64,000 bases of DNA from Solirubrobacterales bacterium (GTDB lineage Bacteria; Actinomycetota; Thermoleophilia; Solirubrobacterales; 70-9). The position numbers and the translations under genes are program-made. Positions 56,469 to 64,000 of this stretch are shown here, piece by piece (the first letter of the stretch is position 1; every line of letters starts with the position of its first letter). Under the pieces are notes generated by a model. The model made no database searches and had not been told where the DNA came from. It saw only the letters and a program-made list of their open reading frames with translations. The stretch spans positions 50,277 through 114,276 of the forward strand of contig JAGQUQ010000001.1 in NCBI GenBank assembly GCA_020438425.1, given 5' to 3'.

Positions 56469-57705
56469 AGCGGGGGACCGGACGGTAGATCGTCCGGTTG
56501 CCGAGCAGCTCGGAAACCGTGACCAGTTTGTAGCCGCGGCGTCGCAGGCCTCTGATTGCCGAGGAAAGTGCGTCAACGGTGCCTCCGCGCGGGCCGCCAC
56601 CGTCATGCATCAGGACGATCGAGCCGGGCCGGACCCGGTGGACGATGGTCGAGGCGATCGCGCCGGCTCCGGGCAGCTTCCAGTCGGATGTGTCGACGTC
56701 CCAGTTGACCACCTTCATGTGGTCCTCCCGGGCCGACCTTCTCAGCGAGCTGCTGACCGCACCGTAGGGCGGGCGGAAGAGGCAGGGCCTGAAACCGGTG
56801 ACCGCGGTGATCCTGCGGGTCGCGGCACGGATGTCGGCACCGCCGGGCAGCAGGTCGTGGTGATAGCTGTGGTTCGCTACCTCGTGACCAAGGGCCAGAA
56901 CCCTCCGGGCAGAAGCGGGATATCTGGCGACCTGCTGGCCGAGCATGAAGAAGGTCGCCTTCGCCTTCTTCTGGCGCAGGATCCGCAGAACCTGAGGCGT
57001 GTAGTCGCTGGGTCCGTCATCGAAGGTGAGGGCGACCCGCTTGCGTCCCCGGGGACCATGGGTAACGAACTCGCCGTTGCCGCCGGTGCAGCCGACCGCC
57101 CGGATCGGCCTGAGGTCATAGACCGCCCGGCGCTTCGCCGGGAAGTAGTCGAGGCAGTCCGACGCCGGCTTGGCCATCGGTCCGGCCCCCGGACACTGGC
57201 CCGTGTGGGTCGCCACCCGCCAGGCGTACTTGCCCGGGGGCAGGCCGGCATCGCGGGGATCGAACGTCGCGACCAGCTTCAGATCGTCGATCTTCCTGAC
57301 CCTGGCGCGGATCACCTTGCTGCGGCGCACCTCGCCGGATTCGGAGGTTCTCGACACTCCGAGTGCCTCGTAGGTCCGCTTCCTGCCACCGAAGCAGATC
57401 CGCACGATCGTGGTCCCGCCCCGCGGGTTCATCTGGAGGCAGAGGTACCGGTGATTGGTGCCGGAGAAGTCGGGGCGGCGGTCGAGTTTGCCCATGTTCA
57501 CTTCCTCGCTGGTCCGCACCTGGATGATCAGCGACTGGCCCTTCTGGGTCAGCTTCGCGTTCTGGATCGGGTTCTGGTCGGCGCTGGTCGCGTTCGAGGG
57601 GATCAGGATCGCAAGACCGGCGATCAGCAGAAAAAACGCGAGTAGCGCGAACTGCTGGCGCGCGCGGTCCCCAGACCGGAAGGTGCCTGAATAGCCGGTC
57701 ATCAT
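56467..57705 (-). CDS. Polysaccharide/peptidoglycan deacetylase (NodB homology domain) with an N-terminal anchor and a basic beta-sandwich
   Basis: 412-aa ORF. NodB motifs are VALTFDDGPSDYT and GHEVANHSYHH. There is one N-terminal TM segment (FALLAFFLLIAGLAILI). Confidence 0.85.
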   Translation of the reverse strand: MMTGYSGTFRSGDRARQQFALLAFFLLIAGLAILIPSNATSADQNPIQNAKLTQKGQSLIIQVRTSEEVNMGKLDRRPDFSGTNHRYLCLQMNPRGGTTIVRICFGGRKRTYEALGVSRTSESGEVRRSKVIRARVRKIDDLKLVATFDPRDAGLPPGKYAWRVATHTGQCPGAGPMAKPASDCLDYFPAKRRAVYDLRPIRAVGCTGGNGEFVTHGPRGRKRVALTFDDGPSDYTPQVLRILRQKKAKATFFMLGQQVARYPASARRVLALGHEVANHSYHHDLLPGGADIRAATRRITAVTGFRPCLFRPPYGAVSSSLRRSAREDHMKVVNWDVDTSDWKLPGAGAIASTIVHRVRPGSIVLMHDGGGPRGGTVDALSSAIRGLRRRGYKLVTVSELLGNRTIYRPVPR

Positions 57706-57761
57706 CGACCTGCGAGTATAGGCCGCCGGTCAACCGTTCAAGGGACCGGCCTCACAGAACG

Positions 57762-58085
57762 ATGAACGCGAAAACCGCCCTCAAATCCGGCCTCGTCATG
57801 TTTGCCCTGGTCGCCGCCCTCTTTGTCGTCCTCGCCCTGCTCCTGCCGAAGTCGTTCTTCGAGGACTGGGGCATGTTTTCCGGCCCCGCCGCGATGTTCC
57901 TCTGCGCCTTCGGCACGGCGAAGATTCTCGGCCTGCCGGTCGGCCGCACCCTGCTCGGAGTGGTCGTGGCCGGCATCCCCGGTCTGATCGGCGTCCTGTC
58001 GGGTGCCCACGCGGCCGGCACGATCCTCGCCGTGGTCACCTTCGCGATCTGGTGCGGCTTCGGTCCCGAGCCTCGCCGGGCCTAG
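57762..58085 (+). CDS. Small integral membrane protein, unknown function
   Basis: 107-aa ORF with three or four hydrophobic helices (LVMFALVAALFVVLALLL, GPAAMFLCAFGTAKILGL, LLGVVVAGIPGLIGVL, ILAVVTFAIWCGF). I recognised no family. Confidence 0.5.
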   Translation: MNAKTALKSGLVMFALVAALFVVLALLLPKSFFEDWGMFSGPAAMFLCAFGTAKILGLPVGRTLLGVVVAGIPGLIGVLSGAHAAGTILAVVTFAIWCGFGPEPRRA

Positions 58086-59059
58086 TTTCCCGGGACCGGG
58101 GGAAGGATCAGTTCGGCGAAAACGGCCCGGTGGTCGGTGCCGTCGATCTTCTCGACGTCGTACTGGCCGAAGGAGATTCCCTTCTCGGCCAGCACGTGGT
58201 CCAGGGTGACCGGCAGCTTCGGCTCGATTTTCGAGGGCCAGGTAGTGATCAGCCCTTCGCCGGTCACCTCGGCCGCGTCGCGGTAGCCGCTGTCGATCAG
58301 ATCACGCAGGTTCACGTGGTCGAGGGTCGCGTTGAAATCTCCGGCCAGGACCAGCGGCAGTCCGGCGCTGAAAGCCTTCGGTAGCGACTTGATCTCCCCC
58401 GCCCATTGTGAGGTCCGGGTCGGGGTCGATGGCGCCATCGGGTGGACCGAGACGAACTGAATCGGAATCGAAGCCGGGATCTCGATGTCGGCGACCGGCT
58501 GATGGAACTCGGCAGCGAGGCTGCCCCGGTCCCTGAGCGGCCAGCGGGAGTAGATCGCTCCGCCCGTCGCTCCGGTGTCGGGCTGGAGGATGCGATGCGG
58601 ATAGTCGGTCGCGAACCCGGCCCGGTCGAGCTCATCCGCCGCTTCGGGAGTCAGTTCCTGGACCGCGACCAGGTCAACGTCCCGCGACCGGGCCAGCTCG
58701 GCGACCTGATCGGCATGTGCGTACCCCACCCCGAGGTTGACTGTGAGCACCCTGACCGGCTGGCCACCCGGCACCGTTTCCGGCTCGCCGATCTCCCTGG
58801 GCAGGACCGCGAGGGCCAGGGCGATCACCGCCAGGAGCAGAAAGCCCGCCGCCAGCCAGCGCCGGCAGAGCACCACGAAGAGCAGCGCGAACAGCGAGAT
58901 CAGCAGCATGTACGGGGTGTAGGCGAGCAGCTGGACGAGCGGGAATCCCCGCTCGAGTCCGCCGAAGCGGACTATTGCCCAGAGCATGAAGAAGCCCGCC
59001 AGCAGCCAGCAGAGAACGCTGACCCATTGACGTCGAGGGGTTTCTTCGCGGCCGGCCAA
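58082..59059 (-). CDS. Membrane-anchored endonuclease/exonuclease/phosphatase (EEP) family protein
   Basis: 325-aa ORF with N-terminal TM helices. EEP motifs are LTVNLG, DLVAVQEL, LAGDFNATLDH and the C-terminal GTDHRAV. Confidence 0.75.
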   Translation of the reverse strand: MAGREETPRRQWVSVLCWLLAGFFMLWAIVRFGGLERGFPLVQLLAYTPYMLLISLFALLFVVLCRRWLAAGFLLLAVIALALAVLPREIGEPETVPGGQPVRVLTVNLGVGYAHADQVAELARSRDVDLVAVQELTPEAADELDRAGFATDYPHRILQPDTGATGGAIYSRWPLRDRGSLAAEFHQPVADIEIPASIPIQFVSVHPMAPSTPTRTSQWAGEIKSLPKAFSAGLPLVLAGDFNATLDHVNLRDLIDSGYRDAAEVTGEGLITTWPSKIEPKLPVTLDHVLAEKGISFGQYDVEKIDGTDHRAVFAELILPPVPGN

Positions 59060-59113
59060 GGCGGGGATTATCCACCCCCGCGGGGCACCTGAGCAGACCG
59101 GATGAGGCCTGGT

Positions 59114-60928
59114 CTATTTCTTGACGTTGACCGTCTTCTTCACGGTCTTGCCGCCGGCATTGTCCGAGGTCACCTTGAACTTGAACTGGATCTTGCCGGG
59201 CTTGTTGAACTTGACCTTCAACTTGATCGTCCCGGTTGATCCCGGCGTGACCGCACCGAGACCCTTGCTGGCGCTAGCTCCCTTTCCGCTCACGCTCGCC
59301 CCAACTCCGGTCGCGTTGATGTTGCCGCTGTTGGTCGCCTTGACCGTGTAAGTCGCACTCTTTCCCTTCCTGATGCTGGAGGGTCCGCTAACCGTGACCT
59401 TGCTGATCGAGGCGTACTTGCCGGCCGGACCGGTCGGGCCCGAGGGGCCGGTCGGACCGGAAGTACCCGTCGGACCCTGCGGCAGTGAACCACCGGTTCC
59501 AGCCAGGCCGAGAACCGGGTTCGTCTCGCCATTGGTCAGGACAGTCAGCGATGCCGTTCGGCTCCCGCTGCCTTTGGGCGAGAAGAAAACCCTGGCCGCG
59601 CATTGATCTCCCTCGAAGAGGGGGCCACGGCAGTTGTCGCTGCCGATGAAGAAGTCCTGTGGCTGGGGACCGCCGAAGCTGAACCCGGCAATGCTCAGCG
59701 GGGCGACCCCGTCGTTCTCGACAACGAGAACCTCAGGCGGGCTGACCAGCCCCAGGGGGATCGCCGTCGGGCTCCCGAAAACCAGCGGGCCGGGGCTGGT
59801 ATCGGGGAGCGGCGCGTTGATCAGGACCTCGGCGGCGTTCTGGGGGCCGGCGGCACCGACGATGTCCTTGGCCCCGTCGTTGTTCAGGTCGGCAACTTCG
59901 AGACCATAGGTAGTAACCAGGTCGAGGTTGATCGCGGTCCCGAAGGTCCCGTCCCCGTTGCCGGGAAGAAGCCGGCCCCCGAATCCGCCGTCAGTTCCGG
60001 CCGCAATATCCAGCACGCCGTCGTTGTTTACGTCGCCGACCGCAACCGAGAGTACGCCCTGTGCGATCGTGTAGTCGGTCTTCGCGCCGAAGGTTCCGGG
60101 ACCGGTCGCAAGCAAGACCGACACGGTCGATGCACCGGCATTTGCCGCCACGATGTCCGGCCTGCCGTCAAGGTTCAGGTCCCCGACCGCCACGTCACCG
60201 GGCGCAAATCCCGTGGTGAAGTTCGAGGCTGCCCCGAAGTTCAACGGACCGGTTGCCAGCAGCACCGAAACGTTGCTGCCCCCGCCGTTTGCGGTGACCA
60301 GATCCAGTCTGCCGTCGTTGTTGAAGTCGGCGGCTTCTATCGCCCTCGAGGAGTCATCAACCGGGTTGTTGGACGGAAAGCCAAAGTCGTTCAACCCGAA
60401 ACCTTCCAGCACCGAGACGTTTCCCGGGACAGTTCCGTTTGGCACAGCGATATCCGGATTGTTGTTGGAACTCAGTCTCCCGATGACCAGATCCCTGGGA
60501 CTTTCGCCGGCCGGGTTGCTGAAGGGTGCCGCGAGAGATCCGGAGCCGGTCCCCAGCAAGACGGTGACGTCATCCGAATTGAGATTGGCCGTCGCCACGT
60601 CAACGATTCCGTCGCGGTTCAGGTCACCGGCCGCCACTCCCTCGGGATTGTCGCCGGCGGGATACGACTCCGAAGGTTCCGTGAACCCCTGGCTCGATCC
60701 GAGTACGACCGAGACCGAATCGTCGGCGCCATTGGCGGTGATCAGGTCCTTGAAGCCATCACCGTTCAGATCGGCTACCTCGACGTCCTGCACGAAGTTC
60801 CCTACCGGGATGGTCTCGGTCGACTTGAACACCAGGTCGGCGGAGGCAACGGCCGGGATGGCCACCACTGCCACAAGCGCCAGCCCCATCAGCCCCGGGA
60901 TCCTGCGAATCGCATTGGTCGGACTCAT
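59114..60928 (-). CDS. Secreted FG-GAP/VCBS-repeat beta-propeller protein with an Ig-like domain, a short collagen-like G-X-Y tract and a Lys-rich C-terminal beta-sandwich
   Basis: 604-aa ORF with signal peptide [19 protein letters not shown]. At least six Ca-binding-type FG-GAP loops are present: [60 protein letters not shown]. The Ig-like domain is [32 protein letters not shown]...FFIGSDNC. It is followed by [21 protein letters not shown] and the tail ...[18 protein letters not shown]...VNVKK. Confidence 0.8.
   Translation of the reverse strand: MSPTNAIRRIPGLMGLALVAVVAIPAVASADLVFKSTETIPVGNFVQDVEVADLNGDGFKDLITANGADDSVSVVLGSSQGFTEPSESYPAGDNPEGVAAGDLNRDGIVDVATANLNSDDVTVLLGTGSGSLAAPFSNPAGESPRDLVIGRLSSNNNPDIAVPNGTVPGNVSVLEGFGLNDFGFPSNNPVDDSSRAIEAADFNNDGRLDLVTANGGGSNVSVLLATGPLNFGAASNFTTGFAPGDVAVGDLNLDGRPDIVAANAGASTVSVLLATGPGTFGAKTDYTIAQGVLSVAVGDVNNDGVLDIAAGTDGGFGGRLLPGNGDGTFGTAINLDLVTTYGLEVADLNNDGAKDIVGAAGPQNAAEVLINAPLPDTSPGPLVFGSPTAIPLGLVSPPEVLVVENDGVAPLSIAGFSFGGPQPQDFFIGSDNCRGPLFEGDQCAARVFFSPKGSGSRTASLTVLTNGETNPVLGLAGTGGSLPQGPTGTSGPTGPSGPTGPAGKYASISKVTVSGPSSIRKGKSATYTVKATNSGNINATGVGASVSGKGASASKGLGAVTPGSTGTIKLKVKFNKPGKIQFKFKVTSDNAGGKTVKKTVNVKK
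59414..59476 (-). repeat. Collagen-like G-X-Y tract (7 triplets) within the FG-GAP protein
   Basis: It encodes [21 protein letters not shown]. Confidence 0.85.
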
Positions 60929-61087
60929 CGCTTCGGTCCCTGGATCGTGGTTTTGGGTCGTTTGACCAGGCTGTTCATGGCGGTCCCCCTTCTTCCTGAA
61001 TGCCTGAACAAGTTGAACCTATCCGGGATTTCCGGCTATGTCCAACCGGTGACGGGCGGCGGTGGCGCTACCGCCCTGCCCAGGGAC

Positions 61088-61360
61088 CTAGCTGCCGTTC
61101 CGCTCCCGGTGGTCGCAGCCGGGCCAGCAACAGGGCCGGCGCATGCCTTCCTCGAGTTCTTCCCGGGCCCGGCGAATCCGCCGTTCCCGGGTTTCCTGCT
61201 TCTTCGCATCCTCGACCCAGCAGATGAACTCGTTGCGAGCCAGCGGGGTGATGTCCTTCCAGGCCTCGAGAGCGGTCTCGCTGGAGATCAGCTCGATCCG
61301 CAGATCGGCCGGCAGCTTGTGAACAACTCCGCCGGGAAGTCTCTGGGTCTTCGTGCTCAT
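61088..61360 (-). CDS. YdeI/OmpD-associated family small protein
   Basis: The track ORF 61088-61444 is trimmed to ATG 61360 ([20 protein letters not shown]). The segment [41 protein letters not shown] is typical of the YdeI/OmdA family. Confidence 0.55.
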   Translation of the reverse strand: MSTKTQRLPGGVVHKLPADLRIELISSETALEAWKDITPLARNEFICWVEDAKKQETRERRIRRAREELEEGMRRPCCWPGCDHRERNGS

Positions 61361-61477
61361 GACCCAATCGTATGCGAGGGTTCGCAAGTCGGATCCATTG
61401 ATTTCAGCCGGTGCCGTCGCTACGCTCGACCGACTACTCGCCACGAAGCGATTCGGGGCCTAACCCAGGGGGCAAGA

Positions 61478-62947
61478 ATGTTCAGTAGTTGGTCCAATCC
61501 GGTGGTCAAGTGGTCACTGCCCGCGTTCCTGCTTGTTGCGTTCAGTTCCGCGCTGCTCTTGCTGACTCCGGGCAAGGCGAACGCGGCTATTTACTGGACA
61601 AATGACTTCTCGACTTCGATCGGCCGGGCTGACCCGTTCGGGGTCAGTCCTTCGTTCATCTCGGGGGCAAGTCCCAGTGCATCCGGCATCGCGATCGGCG
61701 ATCAGCTCTACTGGTCGAACTTCAACGGTTCGATCGGAACTTCGAACCTGGATGGCTCGAACGTCAACAACTCCCTGGTGACTGGCGGTACGACCTTCAG
61801 AGGCGGCATCGCCGTGGACGCTCAGTACATCTACTGGGCAGACGCCGGTGGTAACAGAATCGGCCGGGCAAACCTGGACGGCTCGAGCCCGAGCCTCAGC
61901 TTCATCACCGGCGCCAGCAACCCGGTGGGGCTGGCCATAAACGGCTCCCACATATTTTGGTCGAACAACTTCGGGAACTCGATCGGCCGGGCAAACCTGG
62001 ACGGGACTGGCGTCAACCAGAGCTTCATCACTGGCCTGTCAACACCAAGGGGTGTCGCTGCCACTGACGATTTCGTCTACTGGGCGGACCAGTTCAGCGG
62101 TTCGATCGGCCGCGCCGATGCCGACGACGGGTCTGGCGTCAATCAGGGTTTCCTGAGCGGAGTCGGAGCCTGGGGAGTCGGAGTGTCAGAAAAGCACATT
62201 CTGTGGGCACAGCGGGGCAACGGTGCTATCGGAAAGGCTCTCTTGGACGGAAGTAACGCTGACGGTTCTTACGTCACCGGGTTGGACTCCCCGGCATCGA
62301 TAGCCGGCGAAGCGGATCCCGGGATCAGCGCCACCCCGGCATCCCTGGCCTTTGGATCTGTGACACCGGTCCCGACCGGTTCTGTCAGTCCACCCCAGCA
62401 ACTCACTATCTCGAATTCCGGTGCCGGTCCTTTGAACATCAGTCACCTCGCCTTCCAGGGCGGGGATGCCGATGATTTCTTCATCGGTCTGGACAATTGC
62501 CGGAGAGAACTGCCCGAAGAAGGAACCTGCGCTCTCTCGATTCGTTTCAATCCCGGAGCTGAGGGTGAGCGGTCAGCCAGTCTGCTGGTCGAAACCGAAG
62601 AAGGAGTGAGCGTCCTGATTCCTCTCACCGGTGAGGCCGGTTCACTGCCGACCGGCCCGACCGGGAGCACCGGCCCGTCGGGAAGCACTGGCCCCACCGG
62701 AAGCACCGGCCCGTCCGGAAGCACTGGCCCGACCGGTTTGACCGGCCCTGCAGGTCCGACTGGTGCCACCGGTGCCACCGGTAATGCGGGTCCGACCGGC
62801 GCCCGCGGCAAGACCGGCCGTCAAGGACGGCCCGGACGGAACGCCAGGATCAAGTGCAAGGTGATCGGCAACCGCAAGTCGAAAAAGATCAAGGTCAAGT
62901 GTCAGGTCAAGAAGCCCAAGACCAGGAAGTCAGGACGCCAGCGCTGA
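61478..62947 (+). CDS. Secreted six-bladed YWTD (LDL-receptor class B-like) beta-propeller protein with an Ig-like domain, a 21-triplet collagen-like tract and a basic tail
   Basis: This is the C-terminal 489 codons of track ORF 59603-62947; the upstream 625 codons are antisense to the FG-GAP gene. ATG 61478 gives [36 protein letters not shown] (signal peptide). There are six blades of roughly 40-45 aa: IYWTN, LYWSN, IYWAD, IFWSN, VYWAD, ILWAQ. Each blade is followed by an IG(R/T/K)(A/S)-type motif, mostly IGRA(N/D)..DGS. The Ig-like domain is homologous to the one in 59114-60928. It is followed by (GXY)21 and [28 protein letters not shown]. Confidence 0.75.
   Translation: MFSSWSNPVVKWSLPAFLLVAFSSALLLLTPGKANAAIYWTNDFSTSIGRADPFGVSPSFISGASPSASGIAIGDQLYWSNFNGSIGTSNLDGSNVNNSLVTGGTTFRGGIAVDAQYIYWADAGGNRIGRANLDGSSPSLSFITGASNPVGLAINGSHIFWSNNFGNSIGRANLDGTGVNQSFITGLSTPRGVAATDDFVYWADQFSGSIGRADADDGSGVNQGFLSGVGAWGVGVSEKHILWAQRGNGAIGKALLDGSNADGSYVTGLDSPASIAGEADPGISATPASLAFGSVTPVPTGSVSPPQQLTISNSGAGPLNISHLAFQGGDADDFFIGLDNCRRELPEEGTCALSIRFNPGAEGERSASLLVETEEGVSVLIPLTGEAGSLPTGPTGSTGPSGSTGPTGSTGPSGSTGPTGLTGPAGPTGATGATGNAGPTGARGKTGRQGRPGRNARIKCKVIGNRKSKKIKVKCQVKKPKTRKSGRQR
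62654..62842 (+). repeat. Collagen-like G-X-Y tract (21 uninterrupted triplets, partly an 18-nt tandem repeat)
   Basis: It encodes [63 protein letters not shown]. The first eight triplets come from near-identical 18-nt units (ggcccgwcsggaagcacy). Confidence 0.9.
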
Positions 62948-62951
62948 GAGA

Positions 62952-63024
62952 TGGGCGGTGAGGGACTTGAACCCCCGGCATCCTGCGTGTAAAGCAGGCG
63001 CTCTACCAACTGAGCTAACCGCCC
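62952..63024 (-). tRNA. tRNA-Val (UAC)
   Basis: The reverse complement is GGGCGGUUAGCUCAGUUGGUAGAGCGCCUGCUUUACACGCAGGAUGCCGGGGGUUCAAGUCCCUCACCGCCCA. It forms a cloverleaf with anticodon loop UUUACAC. Its 3' end lies 4 nt from the stop of the YWTD gene. Confidence 0.95.
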
Positions 63025-63058
63025 GAATCCGGCCAGGTGGTGCTGGCCGGAACGGGGA

Positions 63059-63862
63059 TTATGCCTTCTGGGGCGGTACGTCGGCGGCCGCCATCTGGTC
63101 GGCCGGCCGCGCCAGGGTTCCGTAGCGCCGCTTGACGACGAGAATCCAGATCGCACCGGCGAGCATCATCGCCAGGCTTTCGAGCTGGGCCATTGTCAGG
63201 CCCAGCAGAGCATCTTCGTTCCGGCGCAGGAACTCGACCAGGAACCGCTCGGCACCGGCGTAGATCAGGTAGATCGCAAAGAGGATCCCGAGGCGGAAGC
63301 GATCCCTGAGCCGCCAGAGAATGAAGGCCCCGAGACCCATGACCAGGGTCTCGTAGATCGGGGTCGGGTGGACCGTGACCCCGGGCGGGGTTGGCACCGT
63401 GCCGTCCTCGTAACTCATCGCCCAGGGGCCGTCCCAGGGCTTGCCGTAATCCCCGTCACCGGAGAGCTGACAGCCGATCCGGCCGACCGCGTACCCGGCG
63501 GCCAGCGCGGGTGCCGCCGTGTCGAGAAGCCAGAGGTTGAGGAACTTCCGCCACCAGGCCCAGAGAATGACTCCGAGCGCACCGCCGATCGCGCCGCCGT
63601 ACCAGGTCAGCCCCGAGCCGCTGAAGATGTTGCCCAGCAGGTCGTCCTTGACCTCGCTGTAGTTGTCGGCCAGAAAGTAGACCCGGGCTCCGATCAGCCC
63701 GCCAATCAATGCGGCGAAGACCATCTCGTAGGCCCAGTCCGGCGGTTTGCCGATCTCGCCGAGCCGCATGTGGACGATCCATCCGGAAACGATGAACGAG
63801 GCCGCGAACATCAGCCCGAAGGTCTGCAGGGTGAGGGGGCCGATCGAGATCTCCGGAATCAC
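63059..63862 (-). CDS. lgt: Prolipoprotein diacylglyceryl transferase
   Basis: 267-aa ORF with MIPEISIGPLTLQTFGLMFAASFIV, GARVYF, GGLTWYGGAIGG-like and GRIGCQLSGDGDYG segments characteristic of Lgt. Confidence 0.9.
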   Translation of the reverse strand: MIPEISIGPLTLQTFGLMFAASFIVSGWIVHMRLGEIGKPPDWAYEMVFAALIGGLIGARVYFLADNYSEVKDDLLGNIFSGSGLTWYGGAIGGALGVILWAWWRKFLNLWLLDTAAPALAAGYAVGRIGCQLSGDGDYGKPWDGPWAMSYEDGTVPTPPGVTVHPTPIYETLVMGLGAFILWRLRDRFRLGILFAIYLIYAGAERFLVEFLRRNEDALLGLTMAQLESLAMMLAGAIWILVVKRRYGTLARPADQMAAADVPPQKA

Positions 63863-63947
63863 GACCCGGACCCTACCGGTGCGGACCAGCCCTGAACCGT
63901 CTGGCGAAAGGCCATGCCCCGTCCCGGATCCGGGATCGGGCGCGAAG

Positions 63948-64000
63948 TAGCCCCGGCGGGAGTCGAACCCGCGCTTCCAGGTTGAAAACCTGGCGTGCTA
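63948..64000 (-). tRNA. tRNA-Glu (UUC), 3' part only (runs off the right edge)
   Basis: The reverse complement of the window end is ...UAGCACGCCAGGUUUUCAACCUGGAAGCGCGGGUUCGACUCCCGCCGGGGCUA. The anticodon loop is UUUUCAA, and the T-arm and 3' acceptor strand are present. Confidence 0.85.

Noticed and set aside
59603-61477. First 625 codons of the 1114-aa track ORF 59603-62947
   Set aside because: This part is antisense to the FG-GAP gene and to ydeI and has junk composition. The real gene starts at ATG 61478, where a signal peptide begins.
62654-62842. Short-period nucleotide repeats that could be mistaken for a CRISPR or VNTR array
   Set aside because: The 9/18-nt periodicity is in frame inside a CDS and encodes G-X-Y triplets. 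There are no spacer-like unique segments.
62948-64000. tRNA-Val - lgt - tRNA-Glu cluster as a mobile-element boundary
   Set aside because: No integrase, recombinase or direct repeat of a tRNA 3' end is visible in the window. Only the compositional argument remains, and it is reported separately with modest interest.

Overview
64-kb, densely coding chromosomal window from a high-G+C Gram-positive genome. It is most likely Actinomycetota. The clues are a Kgd/OdhA-type 2-oxoglutarate dehydrogenase, a ydaO-type c-di-AMP riboswitch in front of an NlpC/P60 hydrolase, and very long antisense shadow ORFs typical of GC-rich DNA. I call about 50 CDS, 3 tRNAs (Asp-GUC, Val-UAC, partial Glu-UUC), 1 riboswitch, several hairpin terminators and a few short repeats. 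I saw no rRNA, CRISPR array, transposase, integrase or prophage genes.

Left to right:
- partial DUF11-repeat surface protein
- candidate ether-lipid operon (acyl-CoA reductase/SDR fusion, AGPS-like FAD oxidase, UbiA-family transferase)
- a 1434-aa E2o-E1o 2-oxoglutarate dehydrogenase fusion
- a 440-bp promoter-bearing, hairpin-dense intergenic region
- three tandem secreted META-domain paralogues
- aconitase and an SDR
- c-di-AMP riboswitch plus NlpC/P60 hydrolase
- AKR and acyl-CoA dehydrogenase
- secreted S1 protease plus a coupled secreted protein
- a lower-G+C islet with a wHTH-DUF559 gene flanked by identical palindromic boxes
- a large polyamine uptake/catabolism region (ALDH, alanine dehydrogenase, class-III aminotransferase, APC permease, PotADBC, second ALDH, Orn/Lys/Arg decarboxylase)
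- housekeeping and stress genes (glyoxalase, ferritin, FMN reductase, FAH)
- many secreted hydrolases
- a divergent pair of beta-propeller proteins (FG-GAP and YWTD) that share an Ig-like domain and a collagen-like G-X-Y tract, next to tRNA-Val, lgt and tRNA-Glu.

Most worth a second look:
- the propeller/collagen-like gene pair
- the all-in-one E2o-E1o fusion
- the candidate ether-lipid operon
- the candidate structured RNA after odhA
- the riboswitch-controlled hydrolase that lacks any canonical start codon
- the DUF559 islet with 23-bp operator-like boxes.

All functional calls rest on motif recognition by eye. No database search was possible.
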